From a virus (taxonomy: Duplodnaviria > Caudoviricetes): a stretch of DNA of 64,000 nt. Numbering within the stretch: position 1 is the stretch's first letter; the number at the start of each line of letters is the position of its first letter. Below, piece after piece: positions 40,252 through 51,719 of the stretch. The stretch lies in IMG/VR virus record IMGVR_UViG_3300028833_000053; one strand, written 5' to 3'. The notes beneath the pieces are model-generated. The model ran no database searches and was not told the origin of the DNA. It saw nothing but the letters and a program-made list of their open reading frames with translations. A program made the translations under genes and the position numbers.

Positions 40252-41763
40252 ATGGCAGATACCAGAAAAAACGATTTTCCAAGAGAAGAGTTGTCGGACA
40301 AGACGCTGGAGTTGATGTTGTTCAAGGAAATGATAACAAACCAGGAATTCCTCAGCAGGCTCATCACTGTTGTTGACATGCGTTGGTTCCGTACGCCACA
40401 TATCCGATTGATGGCGGAGTTCGCGGTTGTATACTACAAGAAGTATGGCGGGTTGGTCACACGCGACTTGATGGAATCGGTCATCCAAAGAAGGAACGAG
40501 ACCCAGTTGCTTGAGGCGAACAAGGTTGACATCAACAGGGCTTTGCTTGACTTCAACAAGGCGAAGGAACTTGACCTCGGCGCGATGGATGAAAGCACCA
40601 AGATAGAGAAGATACAGACCTACGTCAAGCAGGAAGCCATGAGAAACGCCTTGCTTGATTCCGCGACCGACCTTGAAAAGACGAACACCGACGGCATAAT
40701 AGAGAACACGCTGAACAAGTTCGAGAACATTCAGAAAATTCTCTTTGAGGAGGTTGACCTTGGCGTGGAGATGTCAAAGGACGAAGTTGACGATTCCATG
40801 GCGGAGCACATAGAATACCTCACAAACCCATCGGCGAGAATAGCGACAACCTGGAACTGCCTTGATTCCATAACACATGGCGGGTTCTTGAAAGACGGCA
40901 AGTTCCTTGGGGTGTTTATGGCGCAAGCCGGTCTTGGAAAGTCCAACATCCTCGCAAACCTTGGCTACAACTTCCTGCGCCAGAACCTCAAGGTTGTGGT
41001 GATTTCAATGGAAATGAGCCAGAACGTATACCTTCGCAGATTCGACTCCATCATATCCAAGATTGACATCGACGACCTTGGCATTTCAAGTATGGCGTTG
41101 CAGTTGAAGGACAAGATTGAACGTTTCTACAAGTTCGACTATCCCGATGCAAGGTTGGTTGTGAAGGAGTTTGCGCCTGGAAGCAAGTCGGCAAAGGATT
41201 TGCAGCAATTCGTGGAGAAACTTCAGGAACGCAAGGGGTGGAAACCGGATGTCCTCATAGTTGACTACTTGAACCTCATCAAGCCAAACGGGGGTTCGTC
41301 AAAGGGTGATGCATCCCTGTACGAGGACGGCAAGATTGTTTCGGAGCAATTGAGAAAATTGTCCTATGACCTTGCCATTCCAATCATAACGGCGGTGCAG
41401 TGCAATTCAAGCGGCTTTAACACGGCTGACATTGGAATGCAGAACATTGCCGAATCAAGGGGAATCGCGCACACCGCCGATTTCATAGCGGGGCTTTACC
41501 AGACGGAAGACGAGCAGGACAACGGCACGTTCCACATGAAGATATTGAAGTCAAGGTTGGGGGACAAGGGCAACTTGAAGTTCGAGTTTGACCGTCACAC
41601 CATGGAGTTCCGCGACATCAACGACGTTGAGGGAATTGGTGGAACTCAGGACAACGGTGGAACGAATACCTCCACGTTGGATTCAAGCAAGACCAACCTT
41701 GGACTGCCAAGATGCCAAGTTGACGATTCGGACATTTTCAGGGATGTCACGGGAATGGGTTAA
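40252..41763 (+). CDS. Replicative DNA helicase (DnaB/T4 gp41-like)
   Basis: Walker A AQAGLGKS, SMEMS, IVDYL, TAVQ.N, IAES.GI..TAD, LKSR. Confidence 0.92.
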   Translation: MADTRKNDFPREELSDKTLELMLFKEMITNQEFLSRLITVVDMRWFRTPHIRLMAEFAVVYYKKYGGLVTRDLMESVIQRRNETQLLEANKVDINRALLDFNKAKELDLGAMDESTKIEKIQTYVKQEAMRNALLDSATDLEKTNTDGIIENTLNKFENIQKILFEEVDLGVEMSKDEVDDSMAEHIEYLTNPSARIATTWNCLDSITHGGFLKDGKFLGVFMAQAGLGKSNILANLGYNFLRQNLKVVVISMEMSQNVYLRRFDSIISKIDIDDLGISSMALQLKDKIERFYKFDYPDARLVVKEFAPGSKSAKDLQQFVEKLQERKGWKPDVLIVDYLNLIKPNGGSSKGDASLYEDGKIVSEQLRKLSYDLAIPIITAVQCNSSGFNTADIGMQNIAESRGIAHTADFIAGLYQTEDEQDNGTFHMKILKSRLGDKGNLKFEFDRHTMEFRDINDVEGIGGTQDNGGTNTSTLDSSKTNLGLPRCQVDDSDIFRDVTGMG

Positions 41764-41981
41764 GCCTTTTCCCATATTGCATATAGCGTCAAGTCGCTGG
41801 CAAACCAACTGTTGATTACTTGCTCGTCTGTATATCTTGTCCCAGTGCCCATGGGGTCGGTGTTCCATTCCTTGAACTTATAGCCTGAAATGTAGCCATC
41901 CACCAGTTTGGGCGACATGTCGTTAGTAGATTTCAAGTTAACCCTTTTTCCAGCTTCCTCTGTTTGTTCACCAACTTTCAT
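41760..41981 (-). CDS. Single InlB B-repeat (Listeria-Bacteroides repeat) mini-protein
   Basis: GYKFKEWNT...GTGT.Y...DLTLYAIW. Confidence 0.65.
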   Translation of the reverse strand: MKVGEQTEEAGKRVNLKSTNDMSPKLVDGYISGYKFKEWNTDPMGTGTRYTDEQVINSWFASDLTLYAIWEKA

Positions 41982-41983
41982 TT

Positions 41984-44900
41984 TCAACCCTCCCCATTTA
42001 TGGTGTAGATTATGTTTCCAGATTCATCCTTGAAGTCCACCTTGAACTGGAACGGCTCTTGGTTCGTGTTGTAGCCAGTTCCAAATTCGGCGTTTGCAAC
42101 CAAGGAAACGATTTGACTGCTCGTCTTTCCAATAATTGTCACTTCCCTCAAGAGGTTGCATCCGTCAAATGCCAAACCTCTAATCGTTGAAACGCCACTT
42201 GGTATGGTTATTGTCGTCAAGGACGAGCAGTTTCTGAACGCCAGTTTTCCAATTGTTGTGACTGTGCTTGGGATAGTCACGGATTCAAGCTGTGTGCATC
42301 CAAGGAACGTGCTGTCGCCTATTTCCTGGACTCCTTCAGGTATTGAAATTTCCTTGAGGACACTGCATCCATAGAACGCATATATTCCAAGTTCGTCCAA
42401 TCTCACGCTTGGTGCTATGGTTATCGTGGCAAGTGTTGAGCAATCCTGGAATGCGTTGTTTCCAATCCTTCTCACGTTGGTTCCGACGGTCACTTCCTCC
42501 AACTTGCCACATCCCATGAACGCCTTGTCGCCGATGTACTTGATGTTGTTTCCGGTTATCACCTTTGTAATGCGCTTGTTGTTGGTGAACGCCAGGTCGC
42601 ATATGCCTCTTGCACTGGAGAGGTTGATTGTTGTAGACGTGCCACTTGGACCGACAACCCATCCATCCACGGACTCCACGCCACTGATTGTTGTTTCGTA
42701 TAGGGACGTGTTGCATTCCGCGAACGCACCGGAGCCTATTCTGGTAACGCTGTCAGGTATCGTCACGCTTGTCAAGTTCCCGCATCCATAGAACACTTCG
42801 TTTCCAATTGTTTCAACGGTGTCTGGAATTACCATTGACGTTATCCCAGTTCCCTCAAAGGCGTTGTTCTTGATCTTCGCTATTGGAAGCATTTTGCTTT
42901 GCTTTATCATTATTGAAACAACGTCGGATGCGGACAATCCCAATGCACCCAATTCACCCGCCAAGTAGTTTTCGGGGATTACTCCGTCTGGCAAGTTTCT
43001 TCTCTAATATGTTCCGTCTCTCATCTTCCATATCAAGTTGTAGTCGTTGTCGTCAAATGTCACAGTGCCAGTCCAATGAGCGTAGAAAGTTGGGGAATAG
43101 TCCTTGCTGTTTCCAGTGTTTCCAGACCCCATTTCATACACATTGTTTTCCAACTTTGTTCCACCAGACGCCGCCGTGTACCAACCATAGAATGTCTTTC
43201 CCGTGTATTTCGGCGTTTCCACGTCAGTGTTCTTGAATTTCGTTCCATGATTGTATTTCTTCGTCTTTGTGGTGCTGTTGTCCGTGAATTTCCCACCGTT
43301 TGCGTTGAACTTGACGTTGTATTCATATATCTTCCAGTCGGCCTTCAAGGTCACGTTGGACGTTGGATAGAACGTGTCGTCTTTCTGTCCCACGTTTTCT
43401 GTTTCATTCAGCCATCCGAGGAATTCGTGACCAGTCCTTCTGGCTCCAATCAACGTCACAGGCTCTTTACTCCACTGTGCGTAGATTGTGAACACGTCTC
43501 CTTCTGTGTTCTTGAGGTTTTTGACAACTTGGCCGTCGGAATAAGCCGTTCCGCTTCCATTTATCTTGGTGTTCCATCCTTCAAAGTCATGTGTCACCGA
43601 TGCGGTGTCGGAGCCAATGGTTTCTCCTCCGTTTGCGTCGAATGTCACCTCGGAAACCTTGCCATAAGCGTTTGTTGTCAATGCCGTTCCTGGATTGGAT
43701 GAATTGTGTATGTACTGCAACTCCTGACGTTCCATTCTGCCAGACGTGCTTCCATTTCCCATGAAAGCAACATAGTATTTTATTGGTCGCCATTGTGCAT
43801 ACATATCTTCATTTGCATACACAATGTATGTATCGCCTATGTCGCTCTTCTTTGTTCCTCCAGTCGGGGCAGTGAACCATCCCGTAGGGCAATAGGTTGG
43901 TCTTATCGGAGCGGGAAGTATTACATGGCCGACATCTGCCCACTTTGCGTACAGGTCTATTGTGTCGTTGTTTGTACTGGTCAAGTTCTTTACGTATTGT
44001 CCATCTGAAAAAGCAACATCTCCAGCCGCGGACCTTGCCCAACCCAAGAAGTCCATGGCAACATCCACAATGTTTTGATCCCCCTCTATTCTAGCACCTT
44101 CGCCATTTGGATACAGGTGTATGTGGTACTTGTGGTTTATGAATTCATTTAAGCTCAATGGCTTCTACTCATCGTAGTCGTATGAGGAATTTTCCATTGC
44201 GCCATAGGTTGCCCCATTGCCATTGTACTTGATGTAGTATTTGACCGCAAGTCTCCAAATGGCATAGTACGTTATGTCCCTTGTTATCGGAGTGGAAGTT
44301 GTGAGCTTGTTTGCCCCGGATGCAAGGGAATCATACCATCCAACAAGTCCATATCCCGTTCTGGTCGTTGTTGGCAGGGAATCTATCGTATGCCCGTATA
44401 TCACATGGTCTTCGGTCCTGGGGGATGGCTCTGTGCCGCCATTGGCGTTGTAGAAAACAGTCAACGTGTTTATTTGCCAGTCGGCAATCATTGCAACAAG
44501 ATGGTTTGCCTTTGGGGTCAAGTTCTTGAAGTACAAGTCCCCGTCCGCGCCATTTCGGCATTTGTGCAGACGGTCCGGTATGAATTGGTCTTGCGCTCCT
44601 GAACTTATTCCGTATCTTGCTGTTTCGGGAATCAATCCCCTGGCAACGTTCCAACCCATGAATGTATGCCCTTTCAAAACCGGCGATACGAGCTTGAACG
44701 CCCTGTCATAAGTGGCGTTTGTCAAGAACACTCCCCCCTTTGAAACGTAATTTGACCTCAACAAATCGTCCATTGGCATATACATCACTCGGTAGGTGTT
44801 CGCAGTCCAGTGGGCATGGTATGTCACGTTTCCAGTTATTGCCTAATTGGGGTTTATCTTGCTTCCGCCTGAAGCCGCAGTGTACCATCCTGCAAGTTTG

Positions 44901-47365
44901 TAGCCCTCTTTTTCCGCAGGGGGCAACACGCCCAAGGTCTCGCCATGTTTTCTCTTGTATTCCTTGACCTCGTTGCCGCCATGGGAGTTCCATGTCACGG
45001 TATATTCGTTCTTGTGCCACATTGCGTGGAATATGGAATCGTGTTCAACAACGGTTTCCTTTGAGACAACTTCTCCGTTTTCGGTGTACCACCAAGAATC
45101 AACGTCAAGGTAATATCCTTCCCTTGTTCCAGGACTGTACATTTCAGTCAAACCACTCTCTTCCAATGTCTGTCCCGGAACCACAAGCGTTTCCGTTGGG
45201 GTGAGGCTTCCTCCTTCGGAGTCCCATTTTACAACGCAAAATTCTTCCTTGTTTGCAGCAGGCTCTCCCGACAAGTCCCTCTCGTAATCGGAAACCTCCA
45301 TACATTCCCATATGTACACTTCCATCATTGGGGGCATGTTTTCGTGTGGGATTGTCACCGCGTCCTTCACCTGGTATTCCAATGGGCTTATTTGGTAATT
45401 GAGGTTTTCGTTCTTGACGCCGTTTACAATTTCGCCTTGTTCGGTTTCGTTTTTGTCCGCATTCACCAACTGAGGTGTTGCCCCTCCCGTGTTCGCGCAC
45501 GTCCAAGATGCCTCTTCAGTTGTTTCCTGCGAGGAAACTTGAATCTTGTGCGTGTGTGTTGGAATGTTGGATTCACGCAAGCAAACATATTCCTCTCCCA
45601 ATTTCCTTCCCAACACCTCGTCCGTCTTGTTTTCGTTGTCGGATTCAACTCCCCTCAAGAAGTTCATAACCCTGCGCCAACGTGTTCCGCCGTATTTTTG
45701 TATGACCTTTTGCTCAATGTCGTCCGTTGTTGAAATGATGATGCGTCCAACGTATGTCATGGGCTTTACGGATTGCAAAAGTTCCTTCAATGTTTGCAAC
45801 TTCGCTATTATTCTGTCCAAAACTTCAGTGCAGTGGTTGTACCACGCCATGAACTCGCTTATTGGTATCAATTCTCGGTCCAACTTGGGCTTCATTATCT
45901 GCGCCAACGTGACGAATTCCTTGAGGTTTTTCACTTCAACGACGGTTCCTTCTGAATCATCATCCGGATCGTCAGAATCCTCGTCAACCAAAACCCAACT
46001 TCCATCGTCAAAGGTTTTTATCTTGACCATTTCCCACCCAGCCTTCGTGGGGTCGTACTTCACTTCCTCGCCAAGTGTGTTTGCGGTGATGTCCGCGTAG
46101 ATGTCCAAGAATTGTTGGATTGTTTGCTTCATCAAGGAAACACTTTTGCTTCCGTCATTTTCCTCAACAAGCAATCTCAACAGATAATCGTGCGTGGTGA
46201 GGTCGTCTTGCTTGAATTCATCCAAGTGTGGGTGTGGCACAATATCCGAAAAGTACTGGGCTTCTGCGGTATTCCATTTCTCTTCCGCGTCCCGTGCTTT
46301 CTGCAGTTCCCATTCTTCCTCTTCAACAGTCAATATCCTGCGTTGGACAAAAGAAACGTCAAGGTCATCCTGGTATGCCCTGTATCGTACATACACATTC
46401 AAGGACGGCGGCTTGTTGTTGTGCTTCTTCTTCCTGTTTCTCCAGTTTATGACGTTTTCGCCATAGAGGGGGAAGGTTATTGCATCGGCTCCGGTTGCGG
46501 ATGGATTTGTCACTATCTCCAATGTCTTCTCTTCAAGCCGTCCATAGTTTGCGTCATAGGACACTATGGCTTTGTGGCCCGCAGTGAAGTCCCCCACCAA
46601 CTTGCTTCCCCCCTTTATGGAGCTGAAAGATGAAGTCATCGTTTCCGCTTTTGTGTCCTTGTGGGTGTGCAAAAACGGCTTGTCCCCTATTTCAACTTCG
46701 TCAAATCCTTCCTTTAGGTTCTTTCCTTGGTTGTAGCACCATATCCCACCGGGCCCATACAAGAAATCATGGTATATGACTGCATCCATGCTGTCAATCC
46801 TGCCAACTATTATGACTTCTTTCTGTGAATTCAAGGCATATTGGGAGGTTTTCCAGGTATAGTGCTTTTTCATCGTCTTTGATTGGATGTCAACAGCACC
46901 TGGATAGTTCAACTTTGCATGGGCTTTCAAGTAGTTTATCTTGTCGTCTATGCCCTTTTCCAAATCCCTTGTTTTTATGTTGAAATAGTCTTTGTATTCT
47001 TCCCATACATAGCGTCTTTCATAACGTTGGAATTGGTCATCGGTAAGATGCACCAACTTCGACCACTTCCAATCGTCAAGACGTTCAATCAAAATTTGAT
47101 CATCTGGAGTTTCATCACCAACCTCCGTATTGGAAGAGGGAATGAGCGCAAAACGGAAATTGTCCTCGTCACCTTCAATCAAGAACTGGAAGATGGATTG
47201 GTTCAACGCCCAAAATATCGTCTTTTGCATGTACACGACATATCCATCTGTTTCGTTATCGTTTCCAGGGAAGCATAGAAAACAATCCTTCGCGTCTTCG
47301 GAGATGGTCAGTTCGTGGACGGAAATTGGATTTATTCTGAGATATTCGCGTACATCAATGTTCAT
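41984..47365 (-). CDS. ~1,793-aa tail/baseplate adhesin: gp10-C-like module, InlB B-repeats, BspA-type LRRs (TAG at 44843, 44165, 43004)
   Basis: GGTRW..FLRGV..NIPTHTH..HENMPP..VYIW; many GY.F.GWYT..TYYA.W repeats; IP.SV..IG..AF..C..L repeats. Four ORF-track pieces lie in one frame. Confidence 0.85.
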
Positions 47366-47373
47366 GGTAGAAA

Positions 47374-47424
47374 TATTTACCATTCTTGGAAGCAATAATG
47401 TTTTTGTTCCAAAAATGGTAAATA
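47374..47424. promoter_or_regulatory. Back-to-back putative late promoters
   Basis: Same inverted motif pair between divergent genes. Confidence 0.65.
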
Positions 47425-47474
47425 CTGATGCCCCTTTGGGGCATAACATACACACAACACAACGAGGTGCTAAC

Positions 47475-48116
47475 ATGAAAAAGGCATTGATTATGCTGCT
47501 TGCGGCAACTTTGTCTGCCTTTACGGCACTTTGCCAAACGGTAGACACGTACAAGTTCACAATGAACTTGAAAGTCCCGAGGATTTACGACAACATGGCA
47601 TCCAAGGGATACAGGAAACTTCAACCCCAGCGACTGGTTGGAGAACTTCAATTCGTTTACAAGGATAATGGTGACGTGAAGGTGCGCGTCAAGAACCTTG
47701 TCAACAAAACGCACAAGATAAACGGGATTCCCATATCCTATGTTTGCTATGAATATCCCTATGAGTACCACAATCCGTTGGTAGTTGGAATAGGAAGCAA
47801 CAAGACTGGAAAGTTCAAGCAAGGGGGAGCGGAATTTGCTTTTCAGGCAGACCCTTCATACAACATTGGGGCGGTTGACGAGGACAACACGTTGCTTCTT
47901 GAACTTTCCGGCTATGGAACTCTCAAGGGTGACGTTCTGAAAAACTTGAAGGGAGCCGTAAAAGGACGGATTGGATGCGGATGCATGGCATACGGCCATA
48001 TATCCCCAACACGTCTGTTCCTTGGATGGTTGACTAACATAGTTTGGGATGTTGCCCCTCTTTACGGCACGTTCAACGCGCATTTCAAGAGCAGGCATTA
48101 CGAAAAAGACGAGTGA
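47475..48116 (+). CDS. Secreted beta-rich protein
   Basis: Signal peptide MKKALIMLLAATLSAFTA; SD GAGG; GTAAATA at 47418. Confidence 0.75.
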   Translation: MKKALIMLLAATLSAFTALCQTVDTYKFTMNLKVPRIYDNMASKGYRKLQPQRLVGELQFVYKDNGDVKVRVKNLVNKTHKINGIPISYVCYEYPYEYHNPLVVGIGSNKTGKFKQGGAEFAFQADPSYNIGAVDEDNTLLLELSGYGTLKGDVLKNLKGAVKGRIGCGCMAYGHISPTRLFLGWLTNIVWDVAPLYGTFNAHFKSRHYEKDE

Positions 48117-48139
48117 CGTAAACTTTCATATTGAAACTT

Positions 48140-48165
48140 GGCGGGTCTTTTGGGCCCGCCTTTTT
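48140..48165 (+). terminator. Intrinsic terminator
   Basis: GGCGGGTC..GGCCCGCC plus TTTTT. Confidence 0.7.
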
Positions 48166-48196
48166 GTATAATTCAATGTGAAAGGTTTATAGTCAA

Positions 48197-49876
48197 ATGG
48201 ATAATTACTGCACCAAGATAAACGAAAAGACAGACGAGGTGCTTCTTGCCATAAAGAAGTCCTCGCAAAAGATAGCCGACATCGTATCACAAACGGCTGG
48301 TCCGTATGGGCATAACGTGATGCTCATCAACGGGAAATCATGCAGAATCACGAAGGATGGAATTTCGGTTCTGCGTTCAATCACCGAGCCGGAAACTGAA
48401 TCAGATTTCATTGCGTTGAGCGTCATTCGCTCCGCTTCCGACGAGACGAACAGAAAGGCTGGTGACGGAACAACGGCAACCTGCATTCTTGCGAACGAGA
48501 TTTTCCAGCAGGGCTACAACTTCCTCACAGCGGGCTGCAATGGCAACTTGTTGAGGAACGGCATTACAAAGGCTTCTGAAATTGCACAGAAGTTGGTTGT
48601 TGACAATTTGACTACGCCTGTAAAGGATGACAAGGACATCTACAACGTGGCGAAGATTTCATCAAATGGTTCCGACGAAATTGCCAAGATTCTCACGGAC
48701 GTGTTCTCCAAGATTGGCAAGGATGGCATGGCGCGTGTGGAGCTTTCCAACACTGACAAGACCACCTCCAAGATTGTGTATGGCATGACCATTGACCGCG
48801 GGTATGAGTCCCCCTATTTCGCAACAAATACGCATGGCGAGGCCGTCCTTGACAACCCGGTTATTCTTCTCATCAACAAGAGGTTGTCCGTCCTTGGCGA
48901 ATTGCTGAAGCCGTTTGAGACATTGGCGAAGCTCAACCGCCCGATTCTTGTTGTGGCGGAGGGATATGATCCCGACATTCTCAACACGTTCATCCTCAAC
49001 AAGATGCGTGGTCTGCCAATTTGCGCGATTCTTGCCCCGAACTATGGGGAGCACCGCACGAAGATGATGGAAGACCTTGCCGTTGTCACCGGTGGCAAGG
49101 TGATTTCCCCCGCAACGGGAATCACTTTGGAGCAGATTACAACAGATCCAACCATCATGGGTACGGCAAAGCAGGTTATCGTGAACACGGATTCCACGTC
49201 CTTCATCGCCGACACGACAAAGATTCAGAAGGACAGATTCGACGCCCGTGTTGCCGAAATCAAGCATGAGTTGGAGGAAGAGAAGCTGGCCGACTATGAC
49301 AGGAACATTCTCAAGACAAGAATGGCACGTATGGTTTCGGGCATTGGCATCATCAGCGTTGGTGGTGCAACCGAGGCCGAAATGCACGAAAAGAAAGACT
49401 TGGTTGACGACTCTTTCGCGTCCGTGTCAAGTTCCCAGAAGAAGGGCATTGTATCGGGTTGCGGCTTGACCTACCTTGCAATCCACGATGCCCTTTATAC
49501 TTGGTTGAACGATCACTTGGCCGAACTTTCATCCGAGGAGGCAAGCGGGTTCAAGGTGTTTGCGGATTCCCTCACAAAGCCGTTCTTGACGATTTGCGGG
49601 AATTCCGGACACCAGAATTCTCAGTACGCCCTTGGAATCGTTCAGACCACCAACCGCGACGAACACGCCAATGACACCGCAATGAAGAACTGGACAAAGT
49701 GCGTTGATCTTGGAACCGGTGAAATGATTGACGTAATGGAGAAGGGAATTGTGGATTCTGCGGCCGCCGTCATCGAGACCATGAAGAATGGTGCCGCAGC
49801 GGGTGCGCAGTTGCTTTCTTTGAGTGGTGTTGTCAATACTCCGCCAAAGCCATTGCCCGTTCCGCCCCAGGCGTAA
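48197..49876 (+). CDS. groEL: Phage-encoded group I chaperonin
   Basis: TAGPYG.N, ITKDG, AGDGTTT, DRGY.SPYF, VGGATEAEM.EKKD. Confidence 0.95.
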   Translation: MDNYCTKINEKTDEVLLAIKKSSQKIADIVSQTAGPYGHNVMLINGKSCRITKDGISVLRSITEPETESDFIALSVIRSASDETNRKAGDGTTATCILANEIFQQGYNFLTAGCNGNLLRNGITKASEIAQKLVVDNLTTPVKDDKDIYNVAKISSNGSDEIAKILTDVFSKIGKDGMARVELSNTDKTTSKIVYGMTIDRGYESPYFATNTHGEAVLDNPVILLINKRLSVLGELLKPFETLAKLNRPILVVAEGYDPDILNTFILNKMRGLPICAILAPNYGEHRTKMMEDLAVVTGGKVISPATGITLEQITTDPTIMGTAKQVIVNTDSTSFIADTTKIQKDRFDARVAEIKHELEEEKLADYDRNILKTRMARMVSGIGIISVGGATEAEMHEKKDLVDDSFASVSSSQKKGIVSGCGLTYLAIHDALYTWLNDHLAELSSEEASGFKVFADSLTKPFLTICGNSGHQNSQYALGIVQTTNRDEHANDTAMKNWTKCVDLGTGEMIDVMEKGIVDSAAAVIETMKNGAAAGAQLLSLSGVVNTPPKPLPVPPQA

Positions 49877-49904
49877 AAATTCTGAAAAATTCTGCGAAAA
49901 GCAC

Positions 49905-49933
49905 TTTACAAGATCCTGGTTTTCGCGTATAAT
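49905..49933 (+). promoter_or_regulatory. Sigma70-type promoter (one of about 20 in the window)
   Basis: TTTACA-N17-TATAAT; similar sites at 11569, 28953, 29373, 32104, 36205, 40195, 51723, 51850, 53292 and 58403. Confidence 0.75.
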
Positions 49934-49935
49934 GT

Positions 49936-50030
49936 AAGTGTTGTTTGTGGTGATGTGAAAGATACTTCGACGAACAATGAATTAAGGAAATTCACCAAAC
50001 CTCTTTCACAAGTTTTCCCAAGCAACACTT
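49936..50030 (+). ncRNA. Y-RNA-like RNA 1
   Basis: Own TTTACA-N17-TATAAT promoter; terminal stem with bulged U, GGUGA, 9-bp inner stem, UACUUC; adjacent to TROVE. Confidence 0.7.
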
Positions 50031-50060
50031 CAATTTATCAACAGAGAAAGGACATTGGCG

Positions 50061-51719
50061 ATGAGCAAGTTCAATAGCAAGAAGCCGGGAGTTCAAATGG
50101 CGAAGAACTTCATGGGTGAGGACGCATATGTGTTGTCTGACAAGGAAGCCTTGACTTCCATGGTCATGACCACGTTCCTTTCGGATTCCTATTATGTTAC
50201 GGAAAGCGACTTGGTTAACAACATCCTGACCCTTGTTGGGAAGTGCGGCAACGAGTTCGCCGCGAAGTTGGCTCTTTATGCAAGGACGAAGGGAAACATG
50301 CGTTCGGTGAGCCATTTGCTTGCCGCCATTGTCTGCAGGGATTCAGACCATCCATCATGGCTCAAGTCCTTCTACGAGCATATCGTGAACAGGCCCGATG
50401 ATATTTCCGAGATTCTGGCTTGCTATGGCAAGTTGAATGGCTTTGACCTCACTTCGGGAAAGCTGCGCAAGATTCCAAACTCGATGAAGAAGGGCTTTGC
50501 CACGGTGCTTTCGGGTCTTTCCCCCTATCAGATTGACAAGTACAAGATGAATGGGAAGTCATTGTCGTTGGTGGACATCTTGAACCTTGTTCATCCTACG
50601 CCGACCGACAAGAACAGGGAAGCCTATCGCAGGCTGATGCATGGGGAGTCCCTTGATGGAACTTACGACGCCAAGATTCTTGAGAAGGAAATGGCCGAGA
50701 CGGGCAAGAACGCCAGCAACGAGCAGGAACTGTTTTTGGCAAAGCACGATGCCATCAAGTCCGTCTTGGATTCGGGAATGCCCATAATGAACCTTCTCCG
50801 CAACCTGCACAACATCATGATTTACGCCCCAGACCTTGTGGAAGAGGCTATCAAGCAGCTCACGAACCGAGACAAGATTGTGAACAGCAAGTTGCTGCCA
50901 TTCCGCTTCATGTCTGCCTATGACGTTGTAGACAAGATGGAACTGTCGGACTACATTGTTTCTGAAACTCCAAACACCGCGATAAGGTTTGAGTCGGAGG
51001 TTGCCCGCATGGACTACAGCCAGCTTGAAACAATCAAGGCGAAGGTTCTGAAGGCAATTGAGGACGCCATGTCCATTGCCTGCGAGAACGTCCCAGACCT
51101 TGAGGGCAACTGCGCAATCCTTATCGATCATTCAGGTTCCGTGCGCGGTGACTGGGGTGGAGATTCCAGGGTTTCGCCTTGGAGCAATGTACGTACCGCC
51201 CATATCGGGAACCTGTTTGGCTCCATCGTGGCTTTCAAGCAGAAGGATGTCTACATTGGGATGTTCGGCGACAAACTCATTTCACCGAAGATGGACCGCA
51301 GCGTTGGCTTGCTTGAGTTCAACAAGAAGTCCTACGACGAGGGTGACAAGTGTGGTGGAGCGACCGAGAACGGACTGTACAAGTTCTTGGAGAATGTCAT
51401 CAAGGAAAAGAAGCACATTGACAACTTCATCGTGTTCTCCGACATGGAAATCGGCAATGGTGGCGAGGGTGGATGGGACCGCACAAGCACTGCAAGGTGC
51501 AAGTTCCAGGACTTGTTCAAGGAGTTCCGCAAGATAAACCCCAACTGCCTCACTGTGTGCTGCAACATCCGTGGTCAGAGTGGAACTTCCGTGTTCAATC
51601 CCAACCTCAAGATTCTGAACGTCTCAGGGTGGTCTAACAACATCTTTGACGTGATTTCCATGTACAAGACCGGCAAGTTGAAGTCAATGGTTGAGGACAT
51701 CGAGAAAATGAGCATTTAG
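50061..51719 (+). CDS. Ro60/Rsr TROVE-domain RNA-binding protein with vWA domain (extends to 51743 if TAG is read)
   Basis: FAAKLALYAR..NMRSV, RPDD, LLRNL, LLPFRF..AY, IDHSGS, FSDME. Confidence 0.92.
   Translation: MSKFNSKKPGVQMAKNFMGEDAYVLSDKEALTSMVMTTFLSDSYYVTESDLVNNILTLVGKCGNEFAAKLALYARTKGNMRSVSHLLAAIVCRDSDHPSWLKSFYEHIVNRPDDISEILACYGKLNGFDLTSGKLRKIPNSMKKGFATVLSGLSPYQIDKYKMNGKSLSLVDILNLVHPTPTDKNREAYRRLMHGESLDGTYDAKILEKEMAETGKNASNEQELFLAKHDAIKSVLDSGMPIMNLLRNLHNIMIYAPDLVEEAIKQLTNRDKIVNSKLLPFRFMSAYDVVDKMELSDYIVSETPNTAIRFESEVARMDYSQLETIKAKVLKAIEDAMSIACENVPDLEGNCAILIDHSGSVRGDWGGDSRVSPWSNVRTAHIGNLFGSIVAFKQKDVYIGMFGDKLISPKMDRSVGLLEFNKKSYDEGDKCGGATENGLYKFLENVIKEKKHIDNFIVFSDMEIGNGGEGGWDRTSTARCKFQDLFKEFRKINPNCLTVCCNIRGQSGTSVFNPNLKILNVSGWSNNIFDVISMYKTGKLKSMVEDIEKMSI

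Noticed and set aside
41984-42994. Diversity-generating retroelement acting on the adhesin tip
   Set aside because: No reverse transcriptase or template/variable repeat pair was seen in the window.
47130-47560. Overlapping N-terminal extensions of ORFs 44843..47560(-) and 47130..48116(+)
   Set aside because: The divergent GTAAATA pair, SD and signal peptide place the starts at 47365 and 47475.
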